In this document: positions 51,208 through 62,497 of the stretch, piece by piece | Layout: each line of letters begins with the position of its first letter | How positions within the stretch are numbered: position 1 is the first letter of the stretch | NCBI GenBank assembly: GCA_947501605.1 | Contig: CANMWZ010000002.1 | Coordinates: forward strand, 160,001-224,000 | Direction of reading: 5' to 3' | DNA: 64,000 nt | Origin: Planctomycetota bacterium | GTDB lineage: Bacteria; Planctomycetota; UBA1135; UBA2386 | Notes under the pieces: generated by a model | Databases searched by the model: none | What the model saw: the letters and a program-made list of their open reading frames with translations, nothing else | What the model was told of the DNA's origin: nothing | Made by a program: the position numbers and the translations under genes

Positions 51208-52029
51208 TCAGTCCACGCTGGCGGCGCCGTCGGTGCTGCGCCGGGCGCGCCGCTTGTGACCAAAGCCGCGGTGGCCACCCGCGAAGAACTCCAGGAAGGC
51301 CTTCCCTTGCAAAGTCGTGGCGAGTTCCTGGTTCTCGCGCGCGCGGGCGGCTTCTTCGCGAACGTTGCCACCGCCATGGAACACCGAACGGAAGCAGCGC
51401 TTCAGATCGGCCATGACGTCCGCCGGGAAGCCTCGACGACGCAGCCCGACGAGGTTCAAACCGACGATGTCGTTGCGATCCGCAGCCACTGAGTACGGCG
51501 GCACGTCGTAGGAGATCGCGGCATTGCCGGCGACCATCGAACTCTCGCCGAGGCGCACGAACTGGTGCACGCCAGCGCCGCCGCCGACGAAGGCGTGATC
51601 GCCAACCTGCACATGGCCTCCGAGCATCGCGCCATTGGCCATCGTCACGAACGATGCCACTTGGCAGTCGTGGGCCACGTGCGTGTTGGCCATGAAGAAG
51701 CAATCGGGTCCGATCACCGTCGAACCGCCGGCGCGGGCTGGGCGATGCACGGTGACGCCTTCGCGGAAGATCGTGCGGGGCCCCACCACCACGCGGCCGC
51801 CTGCCGCTTCTGGGTCGGGGACTCGCATCTGCGCCTCGCCGCCAATGACGACGAAGCTGTCGATCAGACAACCGTCACCGAGGACGCAGCCTTCGCGCAC
51901 GATGGCATGCGGCTCGAGCCGGCAATCGGCGCCCAAACGAGCCGAAGCGCCAACGATGCAGTAGGCGCCGATCTGCACGCCTGTGCCCAGCGTCGCTGTC
52001 TCGTGGACGACCGCAGTCGGGTGGATCAT
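51208..52029 (-). CDS. lpxA: UDP-N-acetylglucosamine acyltransferase
   Basis: IHPTAVV hexapeptide repeats, REGVTVHR, HVAHDC, GGHV, VHQFVRLG, GLNLVGLRRRGF. Confidence 0.93.
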   Translation of the reverse strand: MIHPTAVVHETATLGTGVQIGAYCIVGASARLGADCRLEPHAIVREGCVLGDGCLIDSFVVIGGEAQMRVPDPEAAGGRVVVGPRTIFREGVTVHRPARAGGSTVIGPDCFFMANTHVAHDCQVASFVTMANGAMLGGHVQVGDHAFVGGGAGVHQFVRLGESSMVAGNAAISYDVPPYSVAADRNDIVGLNLVGLRRRGFPADVMADLKRCFRSVFHGGGNVREEAARARENQELATTLQGKAFLEFFAGGHRGFGHKRRARRSTDGAASVD

Positions 52030-52065
52030 GGCGCGGCATTGTGCCGTGCCCCTGCCGGAAAGCGA

Positions 52066-52098
52066 GCGGGGGGCAGCGATTGCTTCGCTCCCCCCCGC
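52066..52098 (-). terminator. GC-rich hairpin downstream of the S46 peptidase gene
   Basis: Plus strand GCGGGGGGCAGCGA-TTGCT-TCGCTCCCCCCCGC; weak T-tract follows on the minus strand. Confidence 0.45.
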
Positions 52099-52131
52099 CG
52101 CGCTGCGCACCGCTGTGCGGTGGACCGGAGG

Positions 52132-53769
52132 TCACTTGCCGCGCAGTTCCTTCACCAACTCGGCTTCCCCGTAGACCTTGTCGAGCGCCTCGATCATGCC
52201 GGCGGCATGGACGCCAACGCAGCGGTTCACGCGTTCGTCGAACCAGTAGTTGCCGGGCAGCGACTCGATGTTGCCGTCGAACACGAGGCCGACGACGTTG
52301 GCGTTACGGTCGAGGATCGGGCTGCCCGAGTTGCCGCCGATGATGTCCGCGGTGCAGACGAAGTTGTAGGACGTCTCGAGGTTGAGCTTCGCCTTTGCGT
52401 CCTGCCAGCGCTTGGGCAAGTCGTACGGAGCCTCGTTGTCGAACGACGAGTTGCGCTCGTAGAGCCCGTTGAACGTCGTCCGCGGCGGCACTTTGGTCGT
52501 TCCGGCCTCGTAGCCGGTCACCGTGCCGAAGGCGAGCCGCAGCGTGAAGGTCGCATCCGGGTACAGGTCCTTGCCGTAGGCATCGAAGCGGGCCTTGTTC
52601 AGGATCGCCTTGTTCGGCGGCACGATCTCCTGGGCCAGAGTGCGCTGCATATTGGTGCGCGCCGATTGCTTGGAGGACTTGTCTTCGATCAGCGCCTTGA
52701 ACTCGGCGTAGCCGTTCGCGATCGCCTCGAAGGCAGCCTTGACCTCGGGCTTGCCCGACTTCTCGACCAGCGCCTCATCGCGCGCCTTCATCTTTGCCAT
52801 CATCGCCGCATCCTGTAGGCCGGTCAGGTGACCCTCGTACGCCTTCAGACTGTTGGCAATGCCAAAGAACTGGTCGCGCAGCGCAAAGGCCTTCTCCGGA
52901 TCGCTGTCCATCTGGCTCTTGGTATCAGCCAGCATGCCTTTCAATCGATCGACGATGCGCGGGCACTGGAAGTCGCGGTGGAACTCCATTTCCGCGTGCG
53001 TCAGCAGACGCTCGGTGTTGCCCGGGTGCCCCGAGACAAACACGAGGTCATCCTTCTTCGCGCCGTCCGCGTTCCAGTGAAAGTAGTACTTGGACGAGTC
53101 GATCGGCTTGTCGTCCTCGTAGACGCGGAAGAACGCGCAGTCCAGGCAGTAGCGCGGATAGGTGAAGTTGTCGTAGTCACCGCCATAGAACGCCACTTGC
53201 TTCTCGGGCGCGAACACGAGCCGTACGTCGTCGTAGACGTGGTAGACGTGGATGCGGTACTCGTTGCCGTCGTAGAGCACGACCGGGTCGGCGACGATGT
53301 GCTTGCCCTCGTCCTTCTGGGCGTCGCACATCTCCTTCAGCTTGTCGTCCCGCGCGTCCTCAGCGACCGCGAGCACTTCCGTGGTCACGTTCTTGATCTC
53401 GATGAGCTGGCGCAACGTCAGGCCCTTGCCCTTCACTTCGCTGCCGTAGAGCTTGCTGCTGAACCCAGGCTCGACCCAGTCCTTCTCTTGCGTCGAGACC
53501 GCTTGAATGGTCTGCAAGGCAACGTGGTGGTTGGTCATGACGAGGCCGTTCGGCGAAACGAACGAACCCGAACCGCCCGTGTCAAAACGCACCGAGCCGA
53601 GCCGAACGTGGTCGAGCCACTCGCTGGTCGGCTCGAACTGGTACTTCTCCTTGAGATACTGCAACGGCAGACCATCGAAGGGCCACATGCCCTCGTCGGG
53701 CGGCGTGGTCGGCAGGGCAACGAGAACGGCGATGGCGCAGAGCCAGCGCGAGACCGGGAACAACTGCAT
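52132..53769 (-). CDS. S46-family dipeptidyl peptidase (DPP7-like, compact)
   Basis: Signal peptide, DEGMW, TNHH, GGDYDNFTYPR, PDATFTLR, DIIGGNSGSP, GLVFDGN. Confidence 0.92.
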   Translation of the reverse strand: MQLFPVSRWLCAIAVLVALPTTPPDEGMWPFDGLPLQYLKEKYQFEPTSEWLDHVRLGSVRFDTGGSGSFVSPNGLVMTNHHVALQTIQAVSTQEKDWVEPGFSSKLYGSEVKGKGLTLRQLIEIKNVTTEVLAVAEDARDDKLKEMCDAQKDEGKHIVADPVVLYDGNEYRIHVYHVYDDVRLVFAPEKQVAFYGGDYDNFTYPRYCLDCAFFRVYEDDKPIDSSKYYFHWNADGAKKDDLVFVSGHPGNTERLLTHAEMEFHRDFQCPRIVDRLKGMLADTKSQMDSDPEKAFALRDQFFGIANSLKAYEGHLTGLQDAAMMAKMKARDEALVEKSGKPEVKAAFEAIANGYAEFKALIEDKSSKQSARTNMQRTLAQEIVPPNKAILNKARFDAYGKDLYPDATFTLRLAFGTVTGYEAGTTKVPPRTTFNGLYERNSSFDNEAPYDLPKRWQDAKAKLNLETSYNFVCTADIIGGNSGSPILDRNANVVGLVFDGNIESLPGNYWFDERVNRCVGVHAAGMIEALDKVYGEAELVKELRGK

Positions 53770-53872
53770 GAAGGGGTCCTTGGCTTAGGAGGAGCGCCGC
53801 GACTATCGGTCGGGCTAGGGTTCGGGGCGGCGATGATACGGAGACGCGCGCGCGCACGCCAAGTTCTGCTGG

Positions 53873-55771
53873 CTAGCGCTTGCGATCCTGCTGTCCCCGA
53901 TCCTCCGCACGCCGCTCGTCGCCGTCCTTGCCGGCATCCGCCGGGCGCGGCTGAAGCTTGTCGAACACTTGGTCGGCGACGCGCACCGGCAACCCCGGGA
54001 CCCCCCGGATCTGCTCCCGACTTGCTTGCTGCAGCGCCGACAGGGAGCCGAAGTGCCGCAGCAGCGTCCGGCGCCGCTCGGGACCGACGCCCTCGACTTC
54101 ATCGAGCTCGCTGCCGATTCGACCGCGACGCTGACGATGGAAGGTGATGGCAAAGCGGTGGGCCTCGTCACGAAGCGCCGCCACCAAGAGCGTCTCCGGC
54201 GCGTTCTCCGCGAGCGGGATTGGTAGCTCCTTTCCGGGCAGCACCAACCGCTCCCCGGTCGCCAGCTTGTTGCCAGGGAGGCCGCGCATCCGGCTCTTGG
54301 CGAGGCCACACACGCGCAGTTCGCCGTCGAGCGCCAACTCTGCGATCGCCCGCTGCGCCGCCGCCAGCTGACCGTGACCGCCGTCCACCACCAACAGATC
54401 CGGAAGCTCCTCGGAATCGCGTTCAAGACAGAGCTGCAAACTGCGCAAAACGGCCTCTTGCATCGCCGAGAAGTCGTCGGCGGCATGCACGGCCGAGATG
54501 CGAAAGCGCCGGTACTGCGACTTGTCGGGCTCGCCGTCGACAAAGCACACGCGCGACGCGACGGTCTCGTGACCCTGCGTCGTCGAGACGTCGATGCAGT
54601 GCATTCGCTGCGGCGCAGCGTCGAGCTCGAGTCGGCGACCAAGGCGCAGCGCAGCCTCCGCTCGGCGGGCGGTGGCATCGGCCGTTACTGCATCCGCGAG
54701 TGCCGCGTTCTGCTCGGCGAGCTCCAAGTGACGTCGCCGTGGACCGCGCAACGGCACATGCAGCGACACCGCGCCACCGCGCTTGCCGCGCAGCCACTCC
54801 TCGATGAGCGGGGACTCGGCCGGCTCACTCGGCACCAACACCGATGCTGGCACGTGCCGATCGCCCTCGTAGAGCCGCGGCAACAGGTCGGAGAGCAGCA
54901 AGTCGTCGGGCAATTGACTGCGAAACGAGAAGCGGCGGCATGACTCCAAAGAACCGTCGCGGAACGACAGGAATGCGCAGGCAACTTCGTCGCCGGCGCG
55001 ATGGAGCCCGATCGCATCCTCGTCGCCGTCTTGCCCCACGACCGCTTGCCGTTCCGCGATGGTCTGCAGCGCTTCGATCTGCTGCTTCAGCACCTGCGCC
55101 CGCTCAAACTCCAAGGTCGCGGCAGCGGCGCCCATCTGCGTCCGCAAGTCGCGGAGGACCGTCGCCGAGTCGCCGCGCAACAGTCGCATCGATCGCTGCA
55201 GCAAGTCGTCGTAGTCAGCCCGCGCGATCAGTCCGGTGCACGGCGCTGGACACCGGCCGATCTGGTGCTTGATGCAGGGGCGACTGCGGTTGTCGAAGAC
55301 GTGGTCGGTGCAGTCGCGCAGCGGCGTGATCTTGTGCAACAACCGCAACGTGCGCCGCACGACCTTGGCCGACGGCCACGGCCCGAAGTAGAGAGCGCCG
55401 TCGTCGCGACGGCGACGCACCAGTCGATACCATGGCCACGGCTCCTTCGGATCGAGCCGCAGCATCAAGAACGACTTGTCGTCCTTGAGCTTCACGTTGT
55501 ATGGCGGCTTGTGCTTCTTGATGACCGTGTTCTCGAGAAGCAGGGCTTCTTGCTCCGTCGCGGTCGAGACGAACTCGACATCGACGGCTTCGTTTTCGAG
55601 GAAGCGCAGGAGCCAGCGTCCATCGCCGCCAGGTCGCAGATAGTTGCGGACGCGCGCGCGCAGGTTCGCAGCCTTGCCGGCGTAGAGCACGGCCCCGTCG
55701 GCGGCGAGGAACTGGTAGACGCCAGGCCCATCAGGGAAGCGCGAGACCTTGTCAGCGATCCGCGGGTCCAT
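53873..55771 (-). CDS. uvrC: Excinuclease ABC subunit C
   Basis: PGVY..YAGKAANLRARV GIY-YIG domain, DDKSF, VVDGGHGQL, RDEAHRFAI, HhH. Confidence 0.96.
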   Translation of the reverse strand: MDPRIADKVSRFPDGPGVYQFLAADGAVLYAGKAANLRARVRNYLRPGGDGRWLLRFLENEAVDVEFVSTATEQEALLLENTVIKKHKPPYNVKLKDDKSFLMLRLDPKEPWPWYRLVRRRRDDGALYFGPWPSAKVVRRTLRLLHKITPLRDCTDHVFDNRSRPCIKHQIGRCPAPCTGLIARADYDDLLQRSMRLLRGDSATVLRDLRTQMGAAAATLEFERAQVLKQQIEALQTIAERQAVVGQDGDEDAIGLHRAGDEVACAFLSFRDGSLESCRRFSFRSQLPDDLLLSDLLPRLYEGDRHVPASVLVPSEPAESPLIEEWLRGKRGGAVSLHVPLRGPRRRHLELAEQNAALADAVTADATARRAEAALRLGRRLELDAAPQRMHCIDVSTTQGHETVASRVCFVDGEPDKSQYRRFRISAVHAADDFSAMQEAVLRSLQLCLERDSEELPDLLVVDGGHGQLAAAQRAIAELALDGELRVCGLAKSRMRGLPGNKLATGERLVLPGKELPIPLAENAPETLLVAALRDEAHRFAITFHRQRRGRIGSELDEVEGVGPERRRTLLRHFGSLSALQQASREQIRGVPGLPVRVADQVFDKLQPRPADAGKDGDERRAEDRGQQDRKR

Positions 55772-55774
55772 CGC

Positions 55775-57838
<2,064 letters not shown>

Positions 57839-57881
57839 CAGTTGCGATGATGGGACGGCAACGACCTGGACGCCAGCCGAC

Positions 57882-59147
57882 TCAGCGCCGATGCGCCAAG
57901 GCGACACAGAGGTTGTCGTCGGCAATCAGTCGGTGGCGCCGCGCGTCGATGTCCGACGGTCGCAGCGAGGCGAGGACCGAAAGACCGGCGAACGGCTCTA
58001 TGCCCTCGAGCTCTTCGCTGGCGTGGTGGAAGGCAAGGGCGCGCACGCTCTCACAACTGCGAACGAAGGCCCCGACGACGCGGCGACGCAGCCGTTCGAG
58101 TTGCTCGTCGTCGAACGACACCGGTGCGTTCAGCGCCTCGCGGATCGCCGCCTCCGCGCGCGCGGGGTCCTCGGTGTCGCACCCGATCGTGGCGACGCCA
58201 AAGGTGCGCTCGCCCATGTAGCCAGCCCCCAAGGTGTCGTCGACCAGCCCGCGCTGGTGCAGGGACTCGCGAACGTCGGAGCTGCCGGCGAAGAGGCGAT
58301 CGAGGACGACCCCCGAGGCCATCGCGCGCTCGGCTCGATGTCGCCACGTCGAGGCCTCTTGACGTTCTTTGAGCCCGATCATGAGCTTGGTCCGCGCAAC
58401 TGCCATCGTGCGCTCGACGCGAGGCTTTGCAGGCGGGCCGAAGTCGGTGATGTTCGCCCGCTGTGGCGACGATCCCGGGCGCAGCGTGCACTCTTCGCAC
58501 AAGCGCAGCACGAGCTCCGGGTCGACGGGTCCGGCGACGGCAATCGCCGCATTGCCGGTGCGATAGAAGGCGGCGTAGGCGCGCATCAGTGTGGTGGCGG
58601 TGATCTCGCCGATCGAGGTCACGGTACCACCGACCGTCGCCCGCACCGGGTGCTCCGCGTAGAGGGCACCCAGCAGCGAGAAGACCAGACCCTGGTCGGG
58701 CGAGTCTTCGTACATGCGCACTTCTTGCGCGATGATGCCGCGTTCCTTCTCGACGTTCTGATCGGTGATGTGCGGCTTCCCGACCAAGCGAAGCAAGTCG
58801 CGCAGGTTGTCTTCCACGGCCGTGGCCGACTGGAAGAAGTACGTCGTCCGGGTGAACCCGGTCTGCGCGTTGACGCGGGCGCCGCGCGCCGAGAACCGCT
58901 GGAACACGGCGAGCTCTTCATCCTCGAACAACTTGTGCTCTAGGTAGTGCGCGGTGCCGGCAGGCGAGGTCACCGGCCCCTGGCCGTCGTCGAAAGCGAC
59001 GTCCGTACTGCCATAGCCAAAAGTGATCACAGCGGCGGTCTCGCGCAATTGCGGCCGGGGCAGCACGCGCAACCGCAGACCAAAGGACGTCGTCGCGAGC
59101 CACACCTCTTCGCCCACCACGGGATCTCGAACGATGCGAAACGTCAT
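57882..59147 (-). CDS. M16B zinc peptidase (YmfH-like, active subunit)
   Basis: GTAHYLEHKLFE (HxxEH), NAQT, VEKERGIIAQEVRMYEDSP. Confidence 0.88.
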   Translation of the reverse strand: MTFRIVRDPVVGEEVWLATTSFGLRLRVLPRPQLRETAAVITFGYGSTDVAFDDGQGPVTSPAGTAHYLEHKLFEDEELAVFQRFSARGARVNAQTGFTRTTYFFQSATAVEDNLRDLLRLVGKPHITDQNVEKERGIIAQEVRMYEDSPDQGLVFSLLGALYAEHPVRATVGGTVTSIGEITATTLMRAYAAFYRTGNAAIAVAGPVDPELVLRLCEECTLRPGSSPQRANITDFGPPAKPRVERTMAVARTKLMIGLKERQEASTWRHRAERAMASGVVLDRLFAGSSDVRESLHQRGLVDDTLGAGYMGERTFGVATIGCDTEDPARAEAAIREALNAPVSFDDEQLERLRRRVVGAFVRSCESVRALAFHHASEELEGIEPFAGLSVLASLRPSDIDARRHRLIADDNLCVALAHRR

Positions 59148-60424
59148 GATCCAGTCCTCGGCAACAGCGCGTAATCGAGGTCGAGCCACAACGACTGCGC
59201 CGCGGCCACGACATCGTCGCGCCGAACTCGCCCCAGCGCCGCGATACGCTGCTCGGGCTTCTCATCGAAGCCGCGAAGATACTGTTCGGCGGTGAACGAC
59301 AGCCGCGCCGCTGGCGAATCATCCACGCTGCGCAGCGGACCCTGACACACGGCAATCGCGGTCGAAAGCTCGGCGTCGCTGAAGCGCCCCGCGGCGATCT
59401 CGGCGAGTTGCGCCATCGACTGCTCGGCAACTGCCGGCGCCGCGTGCGCATCGCAGCCCGACTGGACGATGACGAGGCCCTTGTCCGAGTCGCCGCCAGC
59501 GCTCGCGTAGTAACACAGCGAACGCTTCTCGCGGACTTCCGTGAACAGCCGCGAATGCGGTCCCCCTCCCCACAGCGACAGCGCCACGTGCAGGACGCAC
59601 AACTGCGCCGGCAACGTGGGCACCGGTGTCCGCAGCACCAGGACGACCTTCGCCTGCTGCATCTCGGCGTGGTCGCGCACGACGCGCACCGCACGCGGGG
59701 CTGGCTGCACGAGCGGTGGCGCCGTGAATGGCGTCCACGGCGGCAAGGCCGACAACAGGGGCGACAGCGCCGCATGGAGATCGTCTGGAATCACCCCGGC
59801 CAGCAGCACGAACGGACTGCCATGCTGGACGTAGTCCGCGAGCATGGCCGCGGGTCCGTCTGGCTCCGTGGCGGCGATCGCGGCCTCGCCGCCGTGGTCT
59901 TCGACCCCGTACGGCTCACCTGCGCACGCGGCCAGCACTGCCGAACTACGAGCCAACCGCCCCTTGTCGTCCACCACCGAACGCGCGCTGGCCAGCGCCT
60001 GGGCGCGCTCGCGCTCGAAGATCGATCGCGGCAGTCCCGGCGTCACCAGCCGCGGCCGCAACAGTTGCTCTGCCAGGAGCTCTTGGAGCGCCGAGAACTG
60101 ATCCGGTCGCGACGGCAAGAACTGACCGGCAACCGCGTCGGCGGACAGTCGCAGCACCGAGGATTCGCCATGACGCCCGACTCCGAAGCCCGTGCTTGCA
60201 CCGTAGAGCCGCTCGCGAGCCCGCAGGAGCGCCGGGCGATCGGGATGGCGCGCGGTTCCGTGTTGCAGCAGCGCCGGCAGCAAGGCCCTGGCCGCCTGCT
60301 GGGCATCCAGCGGTCGGCGCCAGAGCACGGCGACACGAAACGTTTTGCCCAGCGAATCGCGACGATGCAGGACCGGCACACCGCGGACGAGCGACTGGTC
60401 GAAGCCGGCGAAGGGTGCGTCCAT
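59144..60424 (-). CDS. M16B inactive partner subunit (YmfF-like)
   Basis: No HxxEH; GGGPHSRLFTEVREKRSLCYYASA; ATGA overlap with the active subunit. Confidence 0.85.
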   Translation of the reverse strand: MDAPFAGFDQSLVRGVPVLHRRDSLGKTFRVAVLWRRPLDAQQAARALLPALLQHGTARHPDRPALLRARERLYGASTGFGVGRHGESSVLRLSADAVAGQFLPSRPDQFSALQELLAEQLLRPRLVTPGLPRSIFERERAQALASARSVVDDKGRLARSSAVLAACAGEPYGVEDHGGEAAIAATEPDGPAAMLADYVQHGSPFVLLAGVIPDDLHAALSPLLSALPPWTPFTAPPLVQPAPRAVRVVRDHAEMQQAKVVLVLRTPVPTLPAQLCVLHVALSLWGGGPHSRLFTEVREKRSLCYYASAGGDSDKGLVIVQSGCDAHAAPAVAEQSMAQLAEIAAGRFSDAELSTAIAVCQGPLRSVDDSPAARLSFTAEQYLRGFDEKPEQRIAALGRVRRDDVVAAAQSLWLDLDYALLPRTGS

Positions 60425-60511
60425 AGGGAAGTGCGGCCATGCCGCGGTGCGCATCTTGCCGGCGAAGCCGGACGGGAGCCATGGCGCAGCCGGCGTGCTA
60501 TGTTCGTCACC

Positions 60512-61606
60512 ATGTTCCAACGCGCCATGTTCGCCACGCTCTGCGCCGCAGCCCTCCCGGCGCAGCAACTGAAGGTCGTGCCGGTGGGAATGGACTTCGT
60601 CGAGGGCCCCGCAGTCTCGACCACGCCCTTCAGTGCGACGACCGGCGGCATTCAACTGCTGATTGACGCGAGCCAGGTCACGCAGAGCGTCGGCTACCTG
60701 AATGGCATCCGGTTCCGCCCGACCCAGACGACCAGCAGCTCGGCGGGATTTACCAAGAACTACCAGATCAACCTCTACACGGTGCCGACCACGGCGGCCG
60801 CGTTCGAGGCGAGTGCGTCGCCCTACGATCCCAACGCCATCATCGCCGGAGCCACGCCGACCACGGTCTTCAACGGGCCGATGACCTTCCCGGCCACGGC
60901 CCCACTCTCGCTCGCCCCGGCGTCGTTCTCGATCCACTTCCCGTTCACGACGCCCTACATCTTCGATGGCACGCAGGGCAACCTGCTGATCATGCTGGAG
61001 ACCACGGACTTGGTCCCGACGCCGGGGACCTACCGCATCGACGCCGTGCAATTCCGCGAGGATCAGATCACGGGCATCGCGGCCCCCATCGACACCGCCG
61101 GCTGTGTCGTCAACGGCACTTCGCTGACGAGCGCCGTCAACGCCTCACGATTGGTCTACAACGGATCGATCGACGTGACCCTGGCCAGCATCCCGGCGTC
61201 GGCGTTCCCAGCGGCGATCGTCACCCTCGGTCTTGTGCGCGCCGACGTCGATCTCGGCAGCCTCGGACTCACCGGCTGTACGGGACGCGCTGGCAGCCTC
61301 GACTTGACCCAGTTCGCGGTCTCGGGTGGCGGCGTCTACCCGCTGGTGTCGTGGCCCGTTCCCAATTCGACGATCTTCAGCGGGCTCGCGCTGGTTAGCC
61401 AATCGCTCGGCCTCGCCGCATCCGGCGTGTTCTTGGACAGCGCGGTCAGCAACGCTCACGCCCTGCGCCTCGCGGAGAACCTCATGCCGGCAACCGTCAC
61501 CGCGATGTACGGCTTCCATACCGTGACCATGACGACCAACGCCTGGTTCCACGGCACGGTCGGCCAGATCACGCCCGTCGTGCAACTCGACGGCCTGTTT
61601 CCGTGA
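60512..61606 (+). CDS. Secreted beta-rich hypothetical protein
   Basis: Signal peptide (CAAALPA|QQ), Thr/Pro/Gly-rich beta content; strongly biased codons from 60512. Confidence 0.75.
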   Translation: MFQRAMFATLCAAALPAQQLKVVPVGMDFVEGPAVSTTPFSATTGGIQLLIDASQVTQSVGYLNGIRFRPTQTTSSSAGFTKNYQINLYTVPTTAAAFEASASPYDPNAIIAGATPTTVFNGPMTFPATAPLSLAPASFSIHFPFTTPYIFDGTQGNLLIMLETTDLVPTPGTYRIDAVQFREDQITGIAAPIDTAGCVVNGTSLTSAVNASRLVYNGSIDVTLASIPASAFPAAIVTLGLVRADVDLGSLGLTGCTGRAGSLDLTQFAVSGGGVYPLVSWPVPNSTIFSGLALVSQSLGLAASGVFLDSAVSNAHALRLAENLMPATVTAMYGFHTVTMTTNAWFHGTVGQITPVVQLDGLFP

Positions 61607-62484
61607 TGCACCACCGAATCCGTCCCTGGCACGCGGCGCCGTCGCTGCTTCTGCTCAGCCTTTCGACCGTCGCCGTTGCCCAGGCAGAGCCGACGCTGGC
61701 GCAGCTCACCGAACTGGTCACCGAGGCCCACCGCACGGCGGCGGCCACGACGATCGTGTCCTTCCGCGCCGACTTGCGCATCGAGGAGCTTGCGCGCACG
61801 GCCGAGGAACATCGCGGCCAGGTCGAACTGGAAGTGAGGTTTCTCGACTGGAAGCACCCAGACACCGGTCGCTCCTATCCACTGATCCGCTACCGGCAAA
61901 CCGACAGCTCGCGTTCGATCGAGCACGGCCGCGATCGCGAGGACTACTGGGCCATGGCCGATGGCAAGCCACAGAACATGCGTTCTCGTGAGTTGGCTAC
62001 CGACCTCGAACACGCACGGCGCAACATCAAGCTCGCCCGGCAGATGGTCCAACTGGTCGACCCGAGCCACCTGCTGGCCACGGTGCAGGAGCCGTCCTTG
62101 GTTCACGACGAAGAGCTGGTCCAAGGTCGAACGTTGAAGACGCCGTGCTACACGGTGACCGGCAAGCTCCCATCGTTCCCGCTGCGACAGCAAGACGGTG
62201 AAGAGGCCGCGGTCGAAGCCAAGCTGTTCGTCGACAAGGTCAGCCATCGCCTAATCGGTCTCGAAGTGCGGCCTTTGCCAAAGGACGGCGAGACGGCTTC
62301 GCGCGACGGCGAGTTCGTGCTGCTGTCGGAGCACCGCGAAAACCAGGGTCGCATCGTGCCGACGCGCATCGTCCACTTCGCCATCGACGCGAACGGCAAA
62401 CGCCGCGCGCAGATGGGCGTCGATCTGACCACCTTGGACCTCGACGCCAAGCTCGAGCCCGCTGCGTTCGACCGTCCGGAGTGA
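61603..62484 (+). CDS. Exported protein, LolA/LolB-like fold possible
   Basis: Signal peptide; beta-strand pattern ending AKLFVDKVSHRL...LEPAAFDRP; GTGA overlap with the upstream gene. Confidence 0.5.
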   Translation: MMHHRIRPWHAAPSLLLLSLSTVAVAQAEPTLAQLTELVTEAHRTAAATTIVSFRADLRIEELARTAEEHRGQVELEVRFLDWKHPDTGRSYPLIRYRQTDSSRSIEHGRDREDYWAMADGKPQNMRSRELATDLEHARRNIKLARQMVQLVDPSHLLATVQEPSLVHDEELVQGRTLKTPCYTVTGKLPSFPLRQQDGEEAAVEAKLFVDKVSHRLIGLEVRPLPKDGETASRDGEFVLLSEHRENQGRIVPTRIVHFAIDANGKRRAQMGVDLTTLDLDAKLEPAAFDRPE

Positions 62485-62497
62485 CCGCGCATAGGCC

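Noticed and set aside
59144..61606. Long overlapping ORFs of 635 aa (minus) and 732 aa (plus) as true overlapping genes
   Set aside because: Each N-terminal extension is the shadow of the divergent neighbour; the plausible starts are 60424 (minus) and 60512 (plus).
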